A stretch of 64,000 nucleotides of DNA from Camelus dromedarius (taxonomy: Eukaryota), in NCBI RefSeq assembly GCF_036321535.1, contig NC_087437.1:12526001-12590000 (forward strand), read 5' to 3'. The number at the start of each line of letters is the position of its first letter. Position 1 is the stretch's first letter. The translations under genes and the position numbers were made by a program. This document shows positions 37,167 to 49,680 of the stretch, piece after piece. The notes beneath the pieces were generated by a model, which was not told where the DNA came from, did not search any database, and worked only from the letters and a program-made list of their open reading frames with translations.

Positions 37167-38529
37167 TGCCCGGCTGGCCATGCCGCCCAGAGGAACAGCT
37201 CCCTGGGGCAGCCGCCTGCTGACTCTTTGACTGAGATGGCATTGAAATATATTCCTCTTAATGATGGAGGGAAAGTGACCAAGTGACACTCCTCCCTTTC
37301 TCTTCTCTCATCTGGAAGGAGAAATTATCCTTTGGAACTTTGCATGGGATAAACATTAACTCTACAAAAGCTCGATGCAAACAGGTGTGCTTCCCACACG
37401 CTAATTTTCTGAGTGAATTTCTCCTGACCCGATGCTTTTTGTGACTGATATGGAGCCAAGTTGCCTTTTTAAAAAAAAAAAGAAAGAAAAAGTTTTTACT
37501 TAGCTCCTTTCTTCAAACGATCTACACTTTCTACATTTGTTAAACGTGATGTAAGGGGCTTAAATGCGAAAAAGCAGTTTCCATCCAAAACACCACAGTC
37601 TGAATTCTTGCGAGCAATTTTATGATTAAATACGAGTCAGCAAACTGTACTGTCATTTCAGAAATCAAGGATTCCTGGACTCGCTTCTCAGACTGGAGGG
37701 CAGGCTGAGGGTGTTAGGTATTTGTGTTGATACCCAGAGCTCACTGTCTGCGTTACTGTGTGTTAAACTGATGCATGATGAAATCAGTGATTCACAGCTT
37801 CCTGAACCATCTTGGCAGAATCTCACTCTGACCCCAGCCCCTCCTTGCATGGAAGAGTGAGTGCCTTCCCAGTAAATGCCTGGTGTGGCCTTCATGATCG
37901 TCCCCAGTCTGCACGTCAGCCCATTGTCACAGCTGCGTTTTACACACACACACTCCATCACTCATGTCTCTGCCAGCCTGGACTACTGACCCCTCCCTGT
38001 CCTTCCTCACCCTTGCCTCTGCTCACCCCTAATTCTCCTCAGGGGAAAGCTTCTCCTTCAAATCCTACTCCTTCCTTGGAGCTGGGATCAAGTGTTAACT
38101 CCTTCTGACTCCTTTGAATTCCTATGGCCTTTACTCTGTCAATCATTTATGTGTGCCTACTGTGTGCCAGGCACTGACCTGGGCATTGTTTCACTTTCTG
38201 CTTCCATTAGAGTTCTCATCACACTGCTTGGTTCACTTGACTTAATGCTCCTGGTAGACAGAGAAAGGGCAGGAGCTGTGCGTGACCCATCTTTGTGCGC
38301 CCCGTGGGAGCCCACCACCTCCACCCCTGTTCATTGGCCTTGAATGAATGGGCCAATACGTGAATGAGTCTTTAGAATCATGAGGCTGTCTGCCCACAAT
38401 AGCCTGTATTGTCCAGAGATTCAGAACAGTATTGTATCTTATTTGGGAATCTTTATTTTAAACACAAAATGTATATTGGAAATTGTCCAGAAGAAAGCTT
38501 TAGAAAAAGAGGTTTTGCCAATAACAAAA

Positions 38530-38770
38530 GCTACCATTCATTGGGCAGTTGCTCTGTGCTGGGCATTGTGCTAACAGTTTGTATGTGTTCCCTGATTGGG
38601 TGTACTCAGTGATCCTGTGAAGGAGTTACTTTCATTATCCCCATTTTGTGGGTGAGGAAACTGAGGCCTTCGTGTAACTTGCTCAATATCATACAGATAG
38701 TAAGGGGCAGAGTCAGAGTTTAAATCCACATACATCCAAGCAAAAGCCTAATTCTTAACCACTAGCCCAC
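38530..38770 (-). mobile_element. MIR SINE
   Basis: ATCCCCATTTTGTGGGTGAGGAAACTGAGGC..GTAACTTGCTCAATATCATACAG. Confidence 0.8.
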
Positions 38771-39458
38771 TGTCTAGCCAACCAAAAAATCACCCCCTTT
38801 GGAAGAGGGTGAGGAATATTACATGTGATGATCTCTGAAAACTAGAAGGTGAAACAGGGCCCAGGAATGGGGAGAAAATGATGATAATTAGAGCAATAAT
38901 GTGAGAGTATCAGGGAGGGAAGGTGGCCCAACCTAATCTCATAGCAAAATATGGACAAGGGAGAGAGATGAGTCACTGTTCTCCAAGTCCTGTTTAGATT
39001 TTGGACATTTGACTTGTCCATCAAGGGAACTGTGAATTTTAAGTATTTAAGTATAGGACAATATGTAGGTTTAAAAGAGACAGTTACCCTTCCTTCTGAT
39101 TTAGGATTGTTCCTGCCCCGTAGATAGTAGAAGATTGGTATCTAGAGTTCTAGACTGATCTCTCAAGTATCTCCAAGTATCTCCAAGGGGAGACAGACTT
39201 TATCTGAGGAGGACATGGGCATTCCCTAGTTATTGCAAAGACATGGAGCTAATGGCTCTCATGCACATGTGGCCTTCTCCACCCTGAATATTTTTGGGGT
39301 TGTACCCCAGCTCTTTGGTAGCAAGAGCAGAAGAGCATGAGGTAAGAAAGGTTGGAAGATCCATGGTTAGAAAACACTGGACTCAGTTTGTGATGTGGGT
39401 CTACCTTCTTGATCGAGTTAATTAGAGTGTTAATTGTGTTGCTGTTGACTGTCACAAA

Positions 39459-39660
39459 CAATAGAAGTCATGGTTAATCCCCAGAAGCCATCACTAGACA
39501 ACAGGAGTCATGCTTAACCAAAAGTTATAAGGAAACCAGCAAAAAGTTAACGTAGAGAAGTCAGGATTCACCAACGGAAGTTATGATCAGCAGTAGAAGT
39601 CATCGCTAACCAACCACAGACAATGGCTAAACAGCAGAAGTCCTGATTGACTAAACTGAT
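39459..39660. repeat. Degenerate ~20-bp tandem array, about 10 units, consensus close to CARCAGAAGTCATGRYTAAC
   Basis: AGAAGTCA-like cores start at 39463, 39483, 39503, 39520, 39542, 39556, 39576, 39595, 39616 and 39636. Confidence 0.75.
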
Positions 39661-42600
39661 CACAACTGAAATCGGTGGGTTCTTCTAGTCTGGGAGGAAT
39701 CTGGTTGCTTACTTTCCTAAGTACAGATAATATCCTCAAGGAATACATTAACACTGAGGACTGTTTGATGGAATTAAGGTGTAGTTCACCCAGGGCAATC
39801 ACTCTGGCTCTGGTTATAGCTGAGGATGGCAATTGTTCATTCATTCAATCAACAGCTGCTTCTTGGATATCTACCATGTGTCGGGTTCCAGCCCAGTCCT
39901 GGGGATATGCAGTTGATATGTACCAATCCAGTTTCACTAGATGTTGAAATATTTTCCTACCGGTTCTTAACTAACGTTGCCTGGAGTCATTCTCTCCCCC
40001 ACCCAAATCCACTGTGGTGATTCCAGGGAAGACAGTTAAACATGGCCTTGAGGCCATCTTGGAGCCCACCGCCCTGCCCGCCCTAGTCCTAGGGAGCCGG
40101 CCCCCACGCCCCTTCCTGACCAGGGGGTCAGGGAGGCCTGAATCCCAGCAAGAAAGATGCCATGCTTGGTGGTGCTCCTGCGACACCCAGTTGTGGAAAT
40201 CTGTGAAGCCCATTTGTTTGGCCCCCTGAGGCTGTTCCCCCATGTTGCCTGTGTAACCTCTGAAGTGGATGGTCCCATTGTTTAAAATTTTAAGTATCAT
40301 ACTGAATAGGTGTAATATGGAAGGAAAAGCAAAGGACCAAGGTTATCTGAGAGGAAGCATTCATGTGTGCTTGGATCCATCAGAGGAGGCTTCCTAGATG
40401 AGGTGACATACATCTTCAAGACCTGATAGAAGTTTTCTGTGTTTACCAGAAGAAAGATGTTTCTGGAAAGTGAAAGAGTAAAACCATGACATCAGCAACT
40501 CTAAACTTGGTGTCAGAAAACCGGGCCCTCAGACTTACAACCAGCATCCGTGAGCCATGAGCCCGAATGAACACTCCAGCCTCAGTCTGGCCACAGACAC
40601 CCAACAGAGGACCTCACAGAGGTGTGGTGACGACTCCACTCCAAGATAAAGGGGAAGCCATCTGAAGGCCCTCTAGCTGGTATCTTTTAAGCCACAGGCT
40701 CCCAAGAAATTGCAGTTGTTACCCATCCGTGTGGAGGGTCTCCCCTTCCTTGGTTCCCTCCAACACCTCCTCCTGGGTCATTGTCTTTGCCCACAGAAAC
40801 CCCCTCATCCTCATGCCCAAGCCATTCCAACTTGTGACTCCCCCATGTGAAGACACACTTGGAATCCCAGACCTGGACAGCTGGCAAGGGTGTTGGAAAT
40901 CAGCCACCCAGCCCCTCCCTTATGAGCTGAGCGTGCCTGGCCCCGAGGCAGTGACTTCCCTAAGCCCGCCACCAGCTTCCCCACCGCAGCTCTTCCTCTG
41001 CCCCTCCTGCCTCCTCTCTCCCTGGGCTTGCTCTCCAGCTACGGCCAAATCCTTTGTCTATAATGCTCAGCCTTTCCGTCTTTTTTCCTCCAGACGTATC
41101 CCTACCCATCTACTAGCTTGAAGAACTATCACACTCGAACTCGGTGCTTCTGGAGCCCATTTGACATTTGACAAGCTTGGGCTACAGTTTTGTTTCCCAA
41201 ATTATGAGGCTCCGAATTTTAGGTGGGACAGAATCGTGGCTTTAAACCTCATCGACTCACATAGTGAGAAACATGTTTATTTTGCCCAGATTCCTCGTGG
41301 AGAAGTCGCAAGTCAGTGCTGATTTGTTCCTGACTCTCCCTTTGAGCCAGGAGTGAGGACACCTGGGCTCCAAGCCTTCTGCAGACCCAGGATCCAGTGA
41401 GAGTGAAATCATGTCTGATTATTGTTTGGTCTGACTTCGTCTTATTTATTTTATCAGTGCCTTCTGATATCGGCAGTCGGTGCTGGTTTTTAAATTAAGC
41501 CAGAGGTCAAAGGTTTCCATTTTAAATCATGTTACACATAAAACAAGAGTCAACCTAAATAAAAATATTAAGTAGATAAAATTTTGGTGGCATGGGACTC
41601 TTGTGCCACACGCACACTTGAGGTCCTGGAAGAAGTAATCTAGGAGGAAAGGAGGTTTATAGAACAAGTCACAGTACCTGCTGAGGAGGAGGTACTTGGC
41701 CTCCGAGGGCATTTCTGGCCTCCAAGGGCATTTCTGTTTACCCAACCCATGTATAAAAATACCTCACAGCATATATTTTAGTCAGCAAGTATTCTACCTT
41801 GGTGGAAATGATTTACTGAAACCTAGACCTTCTCCTGAAATCCAGCCAAAAATCTGATTTGGAAAACCAAGAAGCCCTATTTCGTTTCTGTCGTCATTGT
41901 TACTGAACCACACTGCCTGGATAATTGGTGACATATATAGTTCTTAATTCTCTCTTCTTCTTTCATCTGGGTGTCACAGGATAGTTTTCTCTCCTCCGTG
42001 TTCACTCAGTAAGAATTTGCTGAACGAATATTCGCTTTTTAATAGATGGAGGAGCTCACCTTTGTCCGTATCTCACTTGCTACACATTTGCAAAAAAGAC
42101 CGGTTCTTCCATGTGTCAGTGTTTCTTGGCAGGAGAGCAGTGAAGTGTCTGTAAATTGAGTTTGTACATCTGGCAGCCAAAAGTGTCCTGTAGGTATTTT
42201 TTGCAGGAAAAGATATGTTTGAGGTGACCACGCTGCACAGATTCTCTTAGAATTTCAGAGTATTTATAACCTGTTATTTCAGATTCTGAGCATATTTGTA
42301 GCTTCAGAGGTACAAAAATAAACCATGTTTTCTTGGAAAAAATGTGTGTCTGGGATGTGACAGAAGTTGCAACCTTAAACAAGATTTCCAGGTGTTTACA
42401 GTTGAACTATGCCAGTAAAAATATGTTTATTTAGACATTAAAATCCTAGGGTGCCCACGTAAATATCCCAAACAATGTGTGTTACATGAGCTTTCTTTGC
42501 TAATGTGCTTTAGCTGTGAATGTTTTTAGTTCTGGCTGCTGGAGTGTTAATGTACTACCGGGAAAGTTGAACTCAGATGGTGACTCTTATTTGCTGTTCA

Positions 42601-43094
42601 CATTTGGTGGTGGATTTCTTACATTCAAGAGCATTTTGTCTAATGGAGGTAAAAGTCACATCCCAACTGATAAAGTAAAACTCCTTGCTTTTAATGCTCA
42701 GAGCAGCAGAGAAGTTTTTGTTGGGCGATTAGAAGAGAAGAGACAACTGGTATACCCTTCACTCACTATTCATTCATCTGTGCATTAACAAGCATCATTC
42801 AGTTACCTATTGTCTGTAAAGCTGTGTGAGGAGGTGGGGAGGACAGAGAGGAGAAGCTGGAGACTGTGCTCCTGGAGCCTGAAGTCTGCTTTATTTCATC
42901 AGTGTGTCACAAAAATCAGGATAAGTTGCTTCTTTAAGTGCAAAAGGTTATTTTCAAAAAGTTTTTAAAACCTGTAATGTATTCAAACATGCAGTAAGCA
43001 TATGTTGAAGATTTACTTAACTCATTAAGGAAGGAAACAGTAGGATGAAAAAGCTGGTTCAGAGAAGGATATGAGAAAAATACCCAAGTAGGTA

Positions 43095-43155
43095 GGGAGG
43101 TAAGAAGGAAGGAAGGGAGGAAGGAAGGAAGAGAGAGCGAGAGAAAGAAAGAAAG

Positions 43156-43222
<67 letters not shown>

Positions 43223-43285
43223 AGGGAAAGAAAGAAAGAAAAGGGAAAGAAAGAAAGAAAGGGAGGGAAGGAAGGAAGAAATAAG
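43095..43285. repeat. Compound (GGAA)n/(GAAA)n polypurine microsatellite
   Basis: Direct reading; about 190 nt, almost all purine. Confidence 0.95.
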
Positions 43286-43545
43286 TGAGGGGAAAAAAGA
43301 ATGCTAGAATAAGACTGCAGAGTTAGACACAAAACTGGTTCATGTCCTACAAGGTGATAAAATGATCATCTTTGGTTATATTTCAACCAGGCAGAAATCT
43401 TTGGAACTATACTAGCCAGATGTGACTTGTAATTTACCAGTCTTCTACAATCTTTACAGAGTCAGGGTCCAATCAATAATAAACAGTAAGTCAAAGGAAG
43501 TTGCATTTCCCTAGACCGTTAGATGACTCAGGTAAGTTTGTCAGT

Positions 43546-43766
43546 CAGTGCTGTGTACGCATTGCTCAACAGAACGTTCTGTGATGATGAAAATATTCTG
43601 TACGTGTGCTGCCCAGTGGGGTGACCACTGGACATTTGTGGCTGTTGAGCATTTGAAATGTGGCTGGTACAAGTAAGGAATCGAATTTCTAATTTTATTT
43701 AATTTTCATTCATTTTGATGTAAATAACCACATGTGATTAGTAGCTGTCATTTTGGACATCACAGC
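43546..43766. mobile_element. MER3-like hAT MITE
   Basis: AGAACGTTCTGTGATGATGAAAATATTCTG...GGCTGTTGAGCATTTGAAATGTGGCT...ATAACCACATGTG. Confidence 0.8.
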
Positions 43767-44289
43767 TCATTTTTCTGCCTTGTTTCCAATCTTGGATCAT
43801 ATTTTTCTAAACACTGTAAATTAAATCACCTTTTAAATATCATTACAAGAGCTAAATGTGTTAAAGAATTTGGAGAAGACTCCTTTGAAAAGACCTAATT
43901 CTTTCGTGACCCATATAATTTCTTCTGCAATACTTCTTCTATTGAGTTTCTTGAAAGTGGACTCACCTGACATCACTCTGGCCAGCAAGGGAGCCACCTA
44001 GGAAGTGAAGTCTGTTTGGAGGGAACCCCGCTGCGCATTATGTTTTCCAAGTAAATCAGCTTAGTGTTAATTTTCTTTTAGTAAGATAGTAACAGTCATG
44101 TCCAGTTTCAGTTAAAAGGGGCTTTCTGATTTGCAGCAAAGGGAGACCTGAGTATTCATAATTCACAAGGGTTTTAAGGCTGAAATAAGTTCACTTCTCT
44201 GCTGCCAGCACTTCATTACTCAGAACGAGCAGCCAATGCATTGATAAGGTTGGCTTTGATTTCTCGTGAAGCTCAGTAGTTTTGCTTAG

Positions 44290-44565
<276 letters not shown>

Positions 44566-45649
44566 TGACACTAATGATATATTCTTGCTAATGGTAGGTG
44601 TAAACAGAGACAGCATGAAAATCGCATAACTGTGGGGATTTCTGGATAGAACTCGAATGGTATTTGTTGGGTATTGTGGACGGTGGACTGTCTTCCAGAG
44701 CAGTTACTAACCAGCTCTGTATCTCCAAGCCCCCAGTCACCCGAGCATGTTCCACAGCCACTCAGAGACTCCATTTCCCCATCTTGATGATAGGAATAAA
44801 GAGCTTTGCCTGTTTGGATGAGAATAAAATGAGAGGTGAGGCATGAATAGTAACCCTCATCAATAATGTACCTTTTTCAGAGAGGAGAGAGCGTAAAACT
44901 TTGCTGTCGAAGAAACATTTAGAAACTTGGCACGTTGGCATCTTTCCGAACTTGATTCAGCTTTTTTCCTCCACACTACGTCCTCCTCCAAACAATTATA
45001 CACTTTATTAATTCAGAAGAGAACATTTTAATATATTAAAAATTAGTGGTCCATGATCATTTGATTGTGGGGATTTGAACTATACATGCTTTGATACAAG
45101 CAGAGTGTATAGGGCACAAAAAAATCTTTAGTTATATTTTCTCCTTGGTGCTTTCAAATGAAGGTCATGAGAAAATGCTAGGCAAATGGCCTGGCTCAGG
45201 CTGGTCTCTGGAAGATGCAGGGATGTGTGCCAGGGTGCTGATCCCCACTCATCCCATCACTTGGGGGTCTGAGTGGGGCACAAGGCTGGGTGCTCTGAGG
45301 GGCTCTGGAGGTGCTGAGCCCATGCCCACTGTCCTTGATGAATGTGGGATGAAAAGCCACCGTCCAGCAGTGGGGTTTGAAGACTTATGTTCGGGTCAGA
45401 GGCTCTTGGATTTTGGAACTGGGACATGTGGCCATAGTGGGGAAGGCTGGCTGAGGTGGGAAGAACCCAGAGCCGGGCAGCGCTGCCCAAGGGTGCACAG
45501 CTGGCTGACTGTCACTCTCCTGAGAGCTGTGATTAGGGGATATTTCCTTGGTGGTCCACCCAGCATCCATCCTGTCCCTCACCTTCCCTAAGTGTACCCA
45601 GGGCTTTAATATGCTTTTCCACCTCTTGACTTTGTACACTTCAGGGAAG

Positions 45650-46740
45650 ATATCAAGGTTGGATCAAGTCATTTGACTCCAGCCAATCAGTATATTTCTG
45701 TCCCAGCCACAGTCACTAGTTCAGGGTGAACATGTAACCTAGGCTGGTCCAACGAGAATGAGTTCAAGACTCATGCTTATGATCCAAAAAAGGAAAAAAA
45801 AAAAAAAAAAAGGAAATTAGACTTCATCAAAATTAGAAATGTCTGCTGTTCAAAAGACACCGTGAAATTGATGAAAAGACAAGTCACCAATGAAGAGAAA
45901 ATATTTACCAATCTCACATCTGATAAGGACTTATATCCAGATTGTAGAAAATGCTCTGAAAACTCAGTGATAAGAAAGCAAATAACCCAATTAGAGAACA
46001 AAACAGAACTAACTAGTACTCTTCAAAGATGCCAAGATTATGAAAGACAGGCAGAGACATGAAAGCTGAGTGGAGGACATGGCCCCGAGGGTCCTGGAGT
46101 GGAAGGAAGCTCCTATAAGAGACATTTTGGGGACAAGTATTGAAATTTGAATATAGACTGTAGATTAGGATATCTCATTAAGTCAACTTTAAATTTCCTG
46201 ACTTTGATCATGTGCTGTGGTTACATAAAAGCATGTTCTTATTCTTGCTGTCTGCAACCAACTCTCCATAGTTCAGAAGGAGTGTGTTTGTGTGTGTGTG
46301 TGTGTGAAATGAGAGAGAGAGAGGGGAAGGAAATGTGGCAAAATATTAAGGCTTGTGAATCGGAGTCAAGGGTTACCCAGGGAAAGTATTCTTTCTACTA
46401 TTCTTGTAACTTTTAGCAAATCTGAAATTTTATCAAAATAAAATGACCAAAAGACTCATGCTTAGAATATTGGGACAGAAGCAGCCTGCCTTCAGTGAAC
46501 TTGAGCAAGGATGCAAGTTGCCACAAGTGCTCCGGGTCAACCCTCTCCAACCCGAAGGGAAGTCAGCTGTAGGACAGAGCAGGCTCTGTGGGTGGAGGAG
46601 TGGAAAGACAGACAGAACCCGGGCCCTGACTGGCATCGTGGAACTGCTGGACCAACCAACCCTGGAAACTCTGCCTCTATAACAATATCATTTTGTTATA
46701 TTTGCCAAGAAGCGCTCCTTAAGGCAGCTGGGGCTGGGGC
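45650..46740 (+). mobile_element. MaLR (MLT1J/K-like) LTR split by a nested L1 at 45780-46450
   Basis: CCAGCCAATCAG..CAGCCACAGT..AGGCTGGTCCAA before the insertion; GAACTGCTGGACCAACCAACCCTGGAA after it. Confidence 0.6.
45780..46450 (+). mobile_element. Old L1MC/MD-type fragment (ORF2 piece fused to 3'UTR) with a perfect 14-bp TSD
   Basis: GACTTCATCAAAATTAGAAA..TCAAAAGACACC ORF2 motif; 3' end ..TCTTGTAACTTTT..AAATCTGAAATTTTATCAAAATAAAA; TSD AAGACTCATGCTTA at 45766-45779 and 46451-46464. Confidence 0.85.
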
Positions 46741-47851
46741 CACATTCATATTTAAGGTCCTGATGAACGAGCACAGCCCGGGTCACCAGACAGGGAAGCA
46801 GCCTGTGCACATCCCTTCCCGGAGGGTCGTTTCCTCCAGGTGGTTCCATCTGCAGATGATGGGTCAGTTGACCACATTTCAGCCAGTTTCCGCTGACCCC
46901 CTCCAAACTTTAGAGCTATTGGATTATGCAAAAATCAATGCACGTGAAGACATGGAGCTTAGATTTACTTATATTTACTTAGCTGAGGCCCGGAACCCTA
47001 CTGCTGGAGAGAAAACGTGATGTTGACTGAAATAGGCAGATTATTCATATGTGTTAAGTGAGACTCACAGGAAGTTCCCCCAACTCCCCACTTCTGGTCT
47101 GACGTTCTGTAGACATGGATGTTAACCCTGCAGTTCTGTGGGAGAATGTCAGTTCAGGCTAAAGTTATAAATGAGTAAGCCAGATGTGGACTCAGGGTAA
47201 ATCAGTACTTTTGCATTTATTTTGTGTGGGCTGGAGACCCATTTCCTGCTTACATTACTTAAAACCCATATCCTGCTGCTCTGTAAAAAACTGGCAGCTT
47301 GGTAGCCAATTAAAAAAAAATAATGTTTACCCCCACAGGAAAATTCTAGTTTCAACCCTCAAGAAACTTATCACCTTAATTAGATTTTAAAAATATAGAA
47401 ATGGGAAGAAAATGGGATCGTTATGCTCTGGTAGACAAAAATAAATATATTTTCCTTAGAAGGAAATTGAAGGGCGAGAAATAAACACTTGGAGTATGGT
47501 GACTGAGGGTCTAATAGAAAATTTTAAAAGTTGAAACAGAAGGAAGCCAGAAAAAAGGAGACTCAGTAGCCAGTTACACCACAGTATACACGACTGAAAT
47601 TAACCCAGGAATAATAGACACTCACAGGACGTTAGGGCCGAAAACGGATCTTAGAGATTGATTTTCACTCACCTCCTTCACTTGACACACAAGTACACCA
47701 GGACCCAGAAAGATGAAACGGTTTTCCCAGCAATCCCTGACTGGCTGAAGACAGAACCAAGGTTACAATTCAAGTCGGCCTCCTCTCCTTGCCAGGCTTT
47801 CTTTGCAATGCCAAGATTAGCAAGACTTGCATTCGATTCCAGCCGTAGGTG

Positions 47852-48385
47852 ATGTCAGTCCCTTAGCATACGTATCAATACTCTCTGGATGCAAGGGACA
47901 GAAAACCCAGCTCCAACTTGGCATAAGCTAAAAAGCATCAGTACCTGTAACTGGTCAGTCCGGCGGAGGAGGACTGGCTCCCAAGGCTCACATCTGTTGT
48001 GGGGACAAGCCCGTTGTTCCTCTTCATCTCTCATAGTTGGGTTTTGTTGTTGTTGTTGTTTGTTTGTTTGTTTGTTTTTGCTGCATTGGTTTTGTTTCTG
48101 GGAAGACTTTCCAAAGGGCTGATAAAGATGGAAATAGTCTAACCAGCAAAAAGAGAGATCCATGGTTAGTGCCCAGGGACCAATTCTCATTGGCCTGCCC
48201 GGGTCATGTGACCTTCTATGACTACAGGACTTGGGGGCGGGGTTGCAAGGTAGAATGCTGTGATTGGCTAGTTCTGGGTCATGTGCTCAGGATTGAGGTT
48301 GGCCCCACCCAAACCACGTGGGCCAAGAGCATGGGATGCAGTGTTTCTCATTGGGTGAATCAGGGCACAGTCGAGAAGCAAAAAT
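47852..48385 (-). mobile_element. MaLR (MLT1-like) LTR containing a (GTT)n/(GTTT)n microsatellite
   Basis: GATGCAAGGGACAGAAAACCCAGCTCCAACTTGGC and CATTGGCCTGCCCGGGTCATGTGACC motifs. Confidence 0.65.
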
Positions 48386-48452
48386 TTCATGTTCACCATG
48401 AAATATGAAGCCCCCAGTGCTGTTCCCCATATGTTCTTTTTCTTTATGCTGT

Positions 48453-48474
48453 GGGGGGTAGGGAGGGGGGCGGG
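48453..48474 (+). other. G-quadruplex-forming motif
   Basis: GGGGGG-TA-GGG-A-GGGGGG-C-GGG. Confidence 0.6.
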
Positions 48475-49457
48475 AAGAAAGAAAGAAACGTAAGAATGAT
48501 TTTACAGCAGTAGCTGCCATGGACAAGGTGCTTTCTGTGCACCAGACACTGCATAAAACACTTTGATACTTTATACCGTCTGATGCTCATGACAGCCCTG
48601 TAAGACAGGTTGGTTATAATTCCTCTCTCCCCCTTTTTCAGGAAGAAGTGGATGCTGAGTCACAGAGAGGTACTTACTCAAGGTAGCACACTTGGGAAGG
48701 GGCAGGCTGGATTTGGACCAAGGCAGTAATACATACTACCTGCCGTAAAAAGCAGCTTTTAAAACTCTGGGTTCCCAGGGACTCACTTTATTGCCAGTGG
48801 TTAATAAAACAGCAATCATACTCCTTGCTCTATACTAGAGATGTACGCCCTAGAAAATCATGTGCAAATTTAATTTTTATAGATCGAATTTGGTTTTAAA
48901 TGTATAAGGGGATGTACTAGTAAAAGAAATCCTTTAGTGTGCCCATCAGAATAGCATGATTATTCCTTCATTTTTTTCTTCCATAATTGCCAGTGGGAAT
49001 ACGCTGTATTTTCCAAGGGCTTTGTACAATAGGGGAACACTTTTTGTAGAGGAGTAGCTATTTGTCAGAGCGTGGGATTTGAAAGGGGTAACAGCAAGGG
49101 AGAAAAATCGATTTTCAGCTGCATTCTAAAAGTGGTACAGAAATTTATGAAGAACTTGGGGAGGAGGCAAAGAAAGCGGAATGACTCAGAGTTGAGTGAT
49201 GAGCTTCTGCTGGTGGGCGGGAGGCTTGTAAGGGTGTCGGCCAAGGAAGGGGTGCAGCAAAGCCTTGAAATAAAAACAAGAAAAAAAAGGACTGAGAGTA
49301 AGAGAAGACACAAAATTGGGGCGTGTGAATGAGATGTGCAGATTGGGGTGCAGCTTGCTATCCGGGGGTGGGGAGGAGACGGGTGAGCCGGTGCTGCCAA
49401 GACCACGTGCATTCGAGTCAGTTACAGAAATCCCAGGGACAGTTCAAATCTTAGAGC

Positions 49458-49680
49458 CAGGGATCAGCGAGCAAACTTTTTTAAAAAGGGGTGAAATAGA
49501 AAATGTTTTGGCTTTGTGGGCCATGTGGTCTGCATCTCAGCTCCTCAGCTCTGCCGCTGTAGCACAAAAGCAGCTACAGAAAATACCCAAAGAGGGGTGA
49601 CTGCGTTCCCATACACTTTTATTTATAAGAACAGGTGTAGGGCTGGCTCTGGCCCGGAGGCCACCGTTTGCCTACCTCTG
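49458..49680. mobile_element. MER58A-like hAT MITE
   Basis: CAGGGATCAGC..AAACTTTT...GGCTTTGTGGGCCATGTGGTCT..CAGCTCTGCCGCTGTAGCACAAAAGCAGC...GTTTGCCTACCTCTG. Confidence 0.8.

Noticed and set aside
36657..37286. Longest ORF (209 aa) and overlapping antisense ORFs with PG/DP repeats
   Set aside because: Non-ATG start, no recognisable domain; the repeats come from the GGACCN hexamer run.
39459..39660. Reading the 20-bp array as CRISPR-like
   Set aside because: Mammalian intron, degenerate cores of only about 12 nt, no unique 30-40 nt spacers, and no cas genes.
41697..41734. 19-bp tandem duplication (also a 10-bp one at 39164-39187 and TGTTTACTA repeats near 30184-30212)
   Set aside because: Ordinary replication-slippage duplications with no further structure.
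42934..43332. 132-aa F/L/S-rich ORF
   Set aside because: Translation of the (TTTC)n microsatellite.
48201..48214. Inverted repeat GGGTCA-TG-TGACCT
   Set aside because: A common MLT1 LTR motif, and the spacing does not match an estrogen response element.
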